Shown here: positions 57,313 through 64,000 of the stretch, piece by piece
Layout: the number at the start of each line of letters is the position of its first letter
Numbering within the stretch: the first letter of the stretch is position 1
NCBI GenBank assembly: GCA_934130165.1
Contig: CAKOXO010000002.1
Coordinates: forward strand, 261,632 to 325,631
Reading direction: 5' to 3'
DNA from: an uncultured Bacilli bacterium
GTDB lineage: Bacteria > Bacillota_I > Bacilli_A > RF39 > UBA660
DNA: 64,000 nt
The notes under the pieces: generated by a model
Seen by the model: only the letters and a program-made list of their open reading frames with translations
The model's database searches: none
Told to the model about the DNA's origin: nothing
Position numbers and translations under genes: made by a program

Positions 57313-57844
57313 ATTTTAGTTTAATTGAATTTAACATTTTATTAAAGTTTTGACTACATTTACCTTGTTTAGTCTTTGTTAAATAATTAGATTGATCAAT
57401 AAGCTCTAGACTATAGACTTTATTACCATAATCAATTGCATAGTAACTTATTGACGGATTTGATTTAACAGTTTTTAAATAACTCCAATTATTTTTATTA
57501 ATTACTTTTTCTTTAATTTTTCCTGTTGTAAAGCCACTTTTTTCTAAATCACTTTTTCTTTTATTTAAATAATCTTTATCAGATTTTTTAGAATTTATAC
57601 AGATAGTTCCACAAGTGCTTTCCTTATAATTAAGTCTATATGCTTTATCACAATTAATATCCTCAAACTTATTCATACCCAAAACTACTTCATAATTTAG
57701 TTTATCTAATTTTTCCATATGCTTTTTACTCTTATAAAAAGCGAAAAAGCCACCAACTAATAATATAACAAATACTATAAAAATTACTATAGTTTTTCTT
57801 GTTCTATGTATCTGAAACGAATAGCTAAAATACCTATTAGACAT
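57311..57844 (-). CDS. Hypothetical membrane-anchored protein
   Basis: 177 aa with a single N-terminal TM (IVIFIVFVILLVGGFFAF). No motif recognised. Confidence 0.5.
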   Translation of the reverse strand: MSNRYFSYSFQIHRTRKTIVIFIVFVILLVGGFFAFYKSKKHMEKLDKLNYEVVLGMNKFEDINCDKAYRLNYKESTCGTICINSKKSDKDYLNKRKSDLEKSGFTTGKIKEKVINKNNWSYLKTVKSNPSISYYAIDYGNKVYSLELIDQSNYLTKTKQGKCSQNFNKMLNSIKLK

Positions 57845-57874
57845 ATCTTATCAACTCCAAATTAACAATCTAGT

Positions 57875-58522
57875 TTAGTCATTTCTTTTACCAAATAATT
57901 CTAGTAATCTAATAAAGATATTTATAAAGTCTAAGTATAATTGGAAAGCTCCATAAACTGCGGATTTATCTTCATCCATTGTTCCTACTAAATATTTGAT
58001 ATTATTCATATCATAAGCAACATATCCTAAAAATATTAAAATTACTAGTATTGATAATCCCATTTCTAATTGTGAACTATGGAATATAAAAATATTTAGG
58101 ATTGATACAATTATAGTAGCAATTAAAGCAATACATAAAATTGTTCCTATTTTTGTAATATCTTTATTTGTCTTATAACCATATAGTGCTAAAAGTCCAA
58201 ATAAAACTGCAGTTACCAAAAAGATTGATATTATAGACCCCATCTCATAAGCTAAAAAAACTGTTCCAAATGTTACACCAGTTGTTATAGAATATATAAT
58301 ATAAAATACTTTTGTCATTATAGGACTTAACTTTTGAACAAAGAATCCCATGGCAAAGGCTATTATTAGTTCTATAACTATAATAGGAATAACACCTACT
58401 GATAAAACACTATATAATAATGTTTGATTAATAGATAAGCAATATCCTGAAATAAAAGTTATTAATAAACCAACAAATAACCAATTAAACATTTTTGAAT
58501 AAACTCTGTTATCAACATTCAT
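57875..58522 (-). CDS. Bax-inhibitor-1/YccA-family membrane protein
   Basis: 215 aa with 7 TM helices, N-terminal YSKMFNWLFVGLLITF, and C-terminal GAFQLYLDFINIFIRLLELFG, typical of the BI-1 family. Confidence 0.75.
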   Translation of the reverse strand: MNVDNRVYSKMFNWLFVGLLITFISGYCLSINQTLLYSVLSVGVIPIIVIELIIAFAMGFFVQKLSPIMTKVFYIIYSITTGVTFGTVFLAYEMGSIISIFLVTAVLFGLLALYGYKTNKDITKIGTILCIALIATIIVSILNIFIFHSSQLEMGLSILVILIFLGYVAYDMNNIKYLVGTMDEDKSAVYGAFQLYLDFINIFIRLLELFGKRND

Positions 58523-58557
58523 CTTATCACCTCATTATAAATTTTATCACATTATAT

Positions 58558-59472
58558 TTAATTCCACAAATTATTATTATATTCTCCTCTATCAATTAAA
58601 TTTCTTATAGCCTTTTTTACATCATCTGCATCTTCTCTATAAGTAACTCCATGCCACTCAGCAGTTGTCTTTATAACATCCACTGTAGAAAAATTATCTT
58701 TTATACTATCAAATAACGCATTAGGAATTAAATATTCACTTGATTCATAATCATTTTTATTCTCTTCCAAAAATTTAGGAAACTCTTTATTTAAGTATTC
58801 AAAAATTGATGGATTAAATAATAGCATATTCATAGAAACTGGCGTGTTTTCTGAAACTACAAAAGGGTCTTCTCCATCTAGAGGAGTTGCTATTATTTTA
58901 TCATTTACTCTTTCAACCTTACTTTCTGTAAGTTTTAGCAATTTATTATCTTCAACCTCACAAACACCTCTTTTTACAGAGCCATTTTCAGTTATAGTAT
59001 TTTTTACTAAATATGCAATCAATCCATAATTTTCTTTATCTCCACTATGTTCAGCACTTAAAAACTGATAAGCCTTAACATAAGCATCTCTTCCATAAAA
59101 ATCATCAGCATTTATTATTGCAAAATTTTCATTTACTATATCTTCACAACAAATCATTGCATGGGCAGTTCCTAAAGGTTTTTCCCTAAATTTAAAATTT
59201 TTATACTTGTCATTAACATTATCATTTTTTTGAAAGCAGTACTCAACCTTAACATGTGGCTCTACTCTTTTTCCAATAGTATTTTTAAACACCTCATAAT
59301 TTTCCTCTTTAATAAGGAAAACAACTTTGTTAAACCCTGCTTTTACAGCATCATATATTGAATAATCAATTATAAATTCACCATTAGGTCCCATAGGTTC
59401 TATTTGTTTTAAGCCACCAAATCTACTTCCCATACCACCAGCTAAAACAACTAATGTTATATCTTTTTTCAT
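58558..59472 (-). CDS. Sugar-phosphate nucleotidyltransferase family protein
   Basis: VVLAGGMGSRFGGLKQ (the GxGxR NTP-transferase signature), GTAHAM, INADDFYG. Confidence 0.75.
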   Translation of the reverse strand: MKKDITLVVLAGGMGSRFGGLKQIEPMGPNGEFIIDYSIYDAVKAGFNKVVFLIKEENYEVFKNTIGKRVEPHVKVEYCFQKNDNVNDKYKNFKFREKPLGTAHAMICCEDIVNENFAIINADDFYGRDAYVKAYQFLSAEHSGDKENYGLIAYLVKNTITENGSVKRGVCEVEDNKLLKLTESKVERVNDKIIATPLDGEDPFVVSENTPVSMNMLLFNPSIFEYLNKEFPKFLEENKNDYESSEYLIPNALFDSIKDNFSTVDVIKTTAEWHGVTYREDADDVKKAIRNLIDRGEYNNNLWN

Positions 59473-59849
59473 ATTAAAACCTCCTCTTTAGTTTTAATTT
59501 CTATTTTTTGATTTAGTCTATTTAAAGCATCATCTAATTTATATTTTTTACTAACAATAATATTATTCCATGTTATTACATCATTATATTCACCCATAGT
59601 TGCTTTTTCTTGAAGTGATACAAAAAATTTATTTTCTACTCTATCAAAAGAAATAAATAAAGCATTAATATCACTCAAATTCTTACTAATAAAATTATAA
59701 TTATTAATAAAATGCATATCAGATAATTCTAATTGAACGATATCTTTATAATTATTTTCGCTTTCTTTTAAAGTTAGTGTGCCAACTAAATTACTTTCAG
59801 AGTTTTTCCTTATAAATAAATTATATCCCTCTTTAATTTTTTTATTCAT
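59469..59849 (-). CDS. Hypothetical protein
   Basis: 126-aa ORF with a 4-nt overlap onto the downstream gene. No motif recognised. Confidence 0.5.
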   Translation of the reverse strand: MNKKIKEGYNLFIRKNSESNLVGTLTLKESENNYKDIVQLELSDMHFINNYNFISKNLSDINALFISFDRVENKFFVSLQEKATMGEYNDVITWNNIIVSKKYKLDDALNRLNQKIEIKTKEEVLI

Positions 59850-59859
59850 TTTTCTCTCC

Positions 59860-61959
59860 CTATACCTTTGCTAATTTTTTATGATTTTTCATCAATTTTT
59901 TAATTCCATGTGGATGTTTGAAAGCAACACTTACTAAAGTATTAGTGACTTCTACAACTCTACCAGAACCAAATGTTTCGTGATATACATAATCTCCAAC
60001 TTGATAATCAACGTCTTCATCTCTAAAGACTTCTTTTTCATCTAATTTTTCTTTTGAAGTTTCTAATTCTTCCTGCTTTACATTAGTTTCTAATAAATTA
60101 TTATCTATCTCTCCTATAAATCTACTTGGGGGATTTATTTGATCTTTACCAAATAATGTTCTCCTTCTTGTATTAACTATATGAAGACATTTCTTTGCCC
60201 TAGTAATTGCTACATAACATAATCTTCTTTCTTCTTCAAGTTCAGAATTCTCCATCAATGAATTCATATGAGGAAATATTCCCTCTTCCATCCCAACTAC
60301 AAAAACATGATCAAACTCTAATCCTTTAACGGAATGAACAGTCATTAAACTAACTCTATTTAAATCATCCTTATATTCTTCTACATCACTAATTAAACTA
60401 ATTTCTAGTAAGAAATCCTCTAAAGAAATTAAGCCCTCTCTTTCTTCAAATGATTTAGTTATAGATTTAAATTCTTCTAAGTTTTCAAGTCTAACTTCGC
60501 TTTCTAAAGTATTTTCAGACTCAAGTTCTTTTTTCATACCAGTTGCATCTAAAACTTTATCAATTAATTCAGTTAAGGTTAATTCATTAGATAACTTTCT
60601 TAATTTCTCAATAATTTCTTTAAATGCCAACTCTTTTCCTGTTGAAATTGCATCATACATACTAATATTTTGACTATCTGCAATTCTAGTTAAATTCTCT
60701 ATAGATTTGAGACCTATTCCTCTTTTTGGTGTATTTATTACTCTTGTTAAGCTAACATTATCTTTTGTATTATGAATTAATCTTAAATAAGCAATTAAAT
60801 CTTTAATCTCTTTTCTACTATAGAAGTAAAAACTACCAACTACTCTATATGGAATATTTTCTTTTAACATTTCTTCTTCTAAAATACGAGATTGAGCATT
60901 AGTTCTATATAATATTGCAATATCTTGATAATTAGTATTTCTAACACTTAATTCTTTTATTTTTCTAATAACATATTGAGCTTCATCTCTTTCGTTATAT
61001 GCTCTATAATATTTAATTTTTTCTCCATCATCATTAGAGGTCCATAAATTTTTCTCTTTTCTTGATTTATTATTTTTAATTACACAGTTTGCAGCATTTA
61101 AAATATTTTTTGTTGAACGATAATTTTCCTCAAGTAAAATTGTTTTAGCATCCTTATAATCTTTTTCAAAATTTAAAATATTTTTATAATTTGCTCCTCT
61201 AAAAGAATATATAGATTGATCATTATCACCAACACAACAAATATTTCTATATTTAGCCCCTATCATTTTTGATAAAATATATTGAGCTTCATTGGTATCT
61301 TGGTACTCATCAATTAAAATATATTTAAATCTATCTTGGTATTTTTCTAATATTTCTGGATTCTTTTTAAATAATATAATTGGTAAAATTAATAAATCAT
61401 CAAAATCAACTGAATTATTTCTATGTAATTTATCCTCATATTTTTCATATACCTTTAATACAACCTTTTCATATTCACTAACTGCATATCTTTCATACTC
61501 AATAGGCATCATCATTTCATTTTTACAACTACTTATCTTGTTTCTAATTGCTCTTGGATTATATATTTTAGGATCATAATCTAATTCTTTTAATATTTTT
61601 TTAACAACAGTTAAAGAATCATCACTATCCATTATTACAAAATTATGATCATAACCTAAAGCTTCACAATTTTCTCTTAATATCTTTAAACCAAAACTAT
61701 GAAACGTAGAAACTTGAATACCTCTAGATCTCTCTCCTATTAAACCATCAATTCTCTCTTTCATTTCCTTTGCAGCTTTATTAGTAAATGTAATTGCTAA
61801 AATGTTATACGGATGTACATTTACATCTTCTATTAAGTAGGCAATCTTAGTAGTCAAAACCCTAGTTTTACCACTACCTGCACCTGCTAAAATAAGAAGA
61901 GGTCCGTCATTATATAAAACTGCCTCTTTTTGAAATTCATTTAATCCACTTATATCCAT
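59860..61959 (-). CDS. pcrA: ATP-dependent DNA helicase PcrA/UvrD family
   Basis: LAGAGSGKTRVLT, ILIDEYQDTN, TVHSVKGLEFDHVF, VAITRAK. Confidence 0.9.
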   Translation of the reverse strand: MDISGLNEFQKEAVLYNDGPLLILAGAGSGKTRVLTTKIAYLIEDVNVHPYNILAITFTNKAAKEMKERIDGLIGERSRGIQVSTFHSFGLKILRENCEALGYDHNFVIMDSDDSLTVVKKILKELDYDPKIYNPRAIRNKISSCKNEMMMPIEYERYAVSEYEKVVLKVYEKYEDKLHRNNSVDFDDLLILPIILFKKNPEILEKYQDRFKYILIDEYQDTNEAQYILSKMIGAKYRNICCVGDNDQSIYSFRGANYKNILNFEKDYKDAKTILLEENYRSTKNILNAANCVIKNNKSRKEKNLWTSNDDGEKIKYYRAYNERDEAQYVIRKIKELSVRNTNYQDIAILYRTNAQSRILEEEMLKENIPYRVVGSFYFYSRKEIKDLIAYLRLIHNTKDNVSLTRVINTPKRGIGLKSIENLTRIADSQNISMYDAISTGKELAFKEIIEKLRKLSNELTLTELIDKVLDATGMKKELESENTLESEVRLENLEEFKSITKSFEEREGLISLEDFLLEISLISDVEEYKDDLNRVSLMTVHSVKGLEFDHVFVVGMEEGIFPHMNSLMENSELEEERRLCYVAITRAKKCLHIVNTRRRTLFGKDQINPPSRFIGEIDNNLLETNVKQEELETSKEKLDEKEVFRDEDVDYQVGDYVYHETFGSGRVVEVTNTLVSVAFKHPHGIKKLMKNHKKLAKV

Positions 61960-62012
61960 ATCCTAACCTACTTCCTAATATAATTATATCTTACTTTTAA
62001 ATAAAAACAAAG

Positions 62013-62036
62013 AAAAAAAGCGCCACTTGACGCTTT
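62013..62036 (-). terminator. Rho-independent terminator
   Basis: AAAGCG-CCACTTGA-CGCTTT hairpin. On the minus strand it is followed by T7. Confidence 0.6.
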
Positions 62037-62038
62037 AA

Positions 62039-63022
62039 TTAAATATTTAAAAGTTCATCTAGTTTAGTAGGAAATTTATTAATGATAACATCTTCCTTAG
62101 CAGATATTACATTGTTATCAATAACCTCGTTTTTAACATTTTCTTTATTACCCTTTAAGATATTTAAAACTGTTTTATATTCTTCTAATGTAAACATGTT
62201 ACCATACTTATTAGACTCTATTTCTTTGTTTCTAATTTCTAATTCCCTATTTTTCAATTCTAGTTCTCTATTTTTAATTTCTAGTTTCTTATTATAATAT
62301 TCCATTGGTACAACCTGAGGTTCCTTCTTTTGTGATGCTGTACCAGCTATTAATTTAGGAAAATCTACATTTACTATATTCGGATTAACCCTCTTTACAG
62401 GAACTTCCACATATTTAGTAACTACTTCTTCATTTCCTAAATTCTTAGCTTTTTGAGTTTTTCTTATAATTTTATAAATAATTATAAAGATAACCCATAC
62501 TATGAAAATAATACTTGTTAAACTTATCATGGCAGAAGCCTTTTCATTACCATATACTGATGTTTGACTAAAAATATCTAACTTATTTTTTGTTACTATA
62601 TTTAATATTAATATTAAAAGATAATGTATAAAAGAATATACTATCGTATTAATTATTTTTAAAAGTTTGTCTTCCTTAAAATTGAATATACTTACAAACA
62701 GAATAATATTAGTTGCTATGATAGCTGCTAAATATATAGCTAAATTTGGAAAATAGAATACTATGAAAAAGTTATTCATCATGTAATCAAACATCTTTGG
62801 TAAAGAACTACTATATTGTAAGCATAATACAAGTATTAAAATAGTATATATTCCAATAAATAGTAATCTTGTAGATTTGGCATTTTTTCTACTAGTAGTT
62901 AAAAACATAAATGCCATAAATACTAGTATAAAAATACTTGCTATACAAATTCCTGAAGATGATGATACATCTACAAAAATTTTTAATTTTTCCACTAATG
63001 ATAGATCACCCATCATCTTCAA
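62039..63022 (-). CDS. Polytopic membrane protein with C-terminal coiled-coil segment
   Basis: 327 aa with about 6 TM helices, then KLEIKNRELELKNRELEIRNKEIE. Confidence 0.5.
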   Translation of the reverse strand: MKMMGDLSLVEKLKIFVDVSSSSGICIASIFILVFMAFMFLTTSRKNAKSTRLLFIGIYTILILVLCLQYSSSLPKMFDYMMNNFFIVFYFPNLAIYLAAIIATNIILFVSIFNFKEDKLLKIINTIVYSFIHYLLILILNIVTKNKLDIFSQTSVYGNEKASAMISLTSIIFIVWVIFIIIYKIIRKTQKAKNLGNEEVVTKYVEVPVKRVNPNIVNVDFPKLIAGTASQKKEPQVVPMEYYNKKLEIKNRELELKNRELEIRNKEIESNKYGNMFTLEEYKTVLNILKGNKENVKNEVIDNNVISAKEDVIINKFPTKLDELLNI

Positions 63023-63036
63023 CCCCCTTTTAAATT

Positions 63037-63708
63037 TTATTCTACTTTTTCTAACTCTGAAATATAAATAGTCTGTGTTGTACTATCATCATTAGTACAA
63101 GTAACAAGTGTCAATGTTGTTCTGTTTTTATTTCTATATACTGCAATTTGCCCTACTTTTGGTGCCTTATAAATATTAACTATTTTATAAGTATAAGTTT
63201 TATTATTAAATATAACTTTCGTCTCATCTCCGACAGATAATTTATACAAATCATTAAAGAATGAATTCCATGCTGTTCCTGAATGTCCAGCAATTATTAA
63301 ATTACCTCTTGAAACATTTGGATAACTTGACTCTTTTACTAAAAGTAGGTTCTTATCTACATCATTTAACTCTGAACTTTTTGGATAAAATCCTTTTTTA
63401 AAATTCAATTTAGGAATTTCTAAATAACCAATGTATTGATTAGGATCCATTTCTGATTCATCAATTCCCTGATCACTATTATTTATATTTTCCTCTTCTA
63501 CACTAGGTTTATTCTCATTTCCCTTAGTATAAAAGACATTATTCATATACTCATATACCATAACCTTTTTGGTCATTATATAATTATATGAAAGAAAGAA
63601 TCCACCTATTATTATTATAATAGTACCTATACAAGCTACTACACTAGGTGAGATTCTTCTTTTCTTTTTATTATTTTGTTTAGTTTGCTTTGTTATATTT
63701 ATAAACAT
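63037..63708 (-). CDS. Sortase (transpeptidase)
   Basis: N-terminal TM anchor, GYLEIPKLNF, IIAGHSG (catalytic His region), TLVTCT (catalytic Cys). Confidence 0.85.
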   Translation of the reverse strand: MFINITKQTKQNNKKKRRISPSVVACIGTIIIIIGGFFLSYNYIMTKKVMVYEYMNNVFYTKGNENKPSVEEENINNSDQGIDESEMDPNQYIGYLEIPKLNFKKGFYPKSSELNDVDKNLLLVKESSYPNVSRGNLIIAGHSGTAWNSFFNDLYKLSVGDETKVIFNNKTYTYKIVNIYKAPKVGQIAVYRNKNRTTLTLVTCTNDDSTTQTIYISELEKVE

Positions 63709-64000
63709 ATCCTACACCAGCAGATATAATAGTGATACCTAATAAATATAGTAATGTTTTATTTGAACCAGTATTTGGTACTTCAACAGAACATTCATCT
63801 TCATCTTTACCACCATTTTCGCATGTTTGTGGTACATTTTTTATTGTTATTTGATATGATAGATGCTCATTATCAATTGTAAATGTTTGCTCTTCTTCAT
63901 TTAAGAAATATCCATCTGGAGCTTCTTCTTCTCTAACTGTGTATGTTCCATCTGCTAAATCTTTTAATACATAAGCTTCATTAGTTGATGTAAATCTTGC
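63680..64000 (-). CDS. Partial (5'-truncated by the window edge) cell-wall-anchored surface/pilin-like protein
   Basis: The frame is open from 64000: ...LADGTYTVREEEAPDGYFLNEEEQTFTI... (Cna-B/SpaA-like), then sorting signal EVPNTGS, TM LLYLLGITIISAGVGYVY, tail KYNKAN*. Stop at 63680-63682, inside the sortase gene start. Confidence 0.7.
   Translation of the reverse strand, partial: ARFTSTNEAYVLKDLADGTYTVREEEAPDGYFLNEEEQTFTIDNEHLSYQITIKNVPQTCENGGKDEDECSVEVPNTGSNKTLLYLLGITIISAGVGYVYKYNKAN

Noticed and set aside
59860-61959. UvrD-family helicase as a Gabija-like (GajB) defence component.
   Set aside because: It has full-length PcrA architecture with all helicase motifs and a housekeeping neighbourhood. 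There is no adjacent OLD/Toprim ATPase (GajA-like) gene.
62195-62295. Imperfect ~21-24-nt tandem repeats (…TTCTAATTTCTAATTCCCTATTTTTCAATTCTAGTTCTCTATTTTTAATTTCTAG…).
   Set aside because: They encode KLEIKNRELELKNRELEIRNKEIE inside ORF 62039-63022. This is a short coding repeat without independent signal features.
4059-62297. About 27 short ORFs in the six-frame track that lie antisense to, or nested within, longer well-supported genes (e.g. 4059-4268, 4572-5003, 8598-8867, 17252-17712, 20292-20654, 21314-21894, 23347-23550, 23949-24140, 24395-24649, 26390-26572, 27932-28390, 31013-31216, 31554-31826, 34649-34981, 39845-40168, 41036-41362, 42585-42836, 46596-46811, 48238-48456, 51786-51971, 54679-54867, 58844-59029, 61292-61579, 62082-62297, 62877-63071).
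   Set aside because: They are fully overlapped by longer ORFs with clear family motifs. They have low-complexity Ile/Phe/Ser/Leu-rich translations, as expected from the reverse strand of AT-rich coding DNA. They lack RBSs. I treat them as shadow ORFs.
1-64000. Search for rRNA, tRNA, CRISPR arrays, riboswitch-sized leaders and large non-coding islands.
   Set aside because: Every gap between supported genes is under ~310 bp and is explained by promoters, terminators or gene remnants. No spaced direct-repeat array or cloverleaf-like GC-rich segment was seen by eye. Small RNAs cannot be excluded without covariance-model searches.
1-64000. Possibility of genetic code 4 (TGA = Trp), given the extreme AT content.
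   Set aside because: TGA terminates well-supported genes at the expected lengths (e.g. 958-960). Conserved proteins (NrdD, PcrA, Tex, PrkC) read through without internal TGA. Standard code 11 fits.

Overview
Very AT-rich (about a quarter G+C by eye), gene-dense chromosomal segment from a low-GC Gram-positive (Bacillota-type) anaerobe. It uses the standard bacterial code, since TGA terminates well-supported ORFs. I support about 65 protein genes, most on the minus strand. I found no rRNA, tRNA, CRISPR array or long non-coding stretch; the largest gaps are about 200-300 bp. The right-hand ~26 kb (37.5-64 kb) is housekeeping: miaB, CsoR plus a P1B-type ATPase, dut-nrdG-nrdD, a divergent Crp/Fnr regulator, tex, the conserved rlmN-stp-prkC-rsgA-rpe block, pcrA, and a sortase with a partial VPNTG-anchored substrate at the window edge. 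The left-hand ~37 kb looks accessory (regulators, transporters, many phosphohydrolases, orphan proteins) and ends at an IS3-family transposase scar that truncates an FtsX-type permease gene. Most interesting items: (1) a translationally coupled HerA/FtsK-superfamily ATPase plus cysteine-rich repeat protein (2845-5400), with no neighbours that would explain it; (2) a nine-gene minus-strand operon (19.1-26.5 kb) with six phosphohydrolases from four superfamilies, a nucleotidase-nucleoside hydrolase fusion and three membrane transporters, including duplicated HD/histidine-phosphatase modules; (3) a 40-bp tandem duplication that frameshifts one HD paralog; (4) an orphan ORF I tentatively recognise as aGPT-pyrophosphorylase-like (DNA thymidine hypermodification family), apparently co-transcribed with DUF3592 and an ABC-2 exporter; (5) an unknown zinc-ribbon protein translationally coupled to a PHP phosphoesterase; (6) a 497-aa protein built from about 9 copies of an unrecognised helical repeat. 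All family assignments come from motif reading by eye. No database search was possible.
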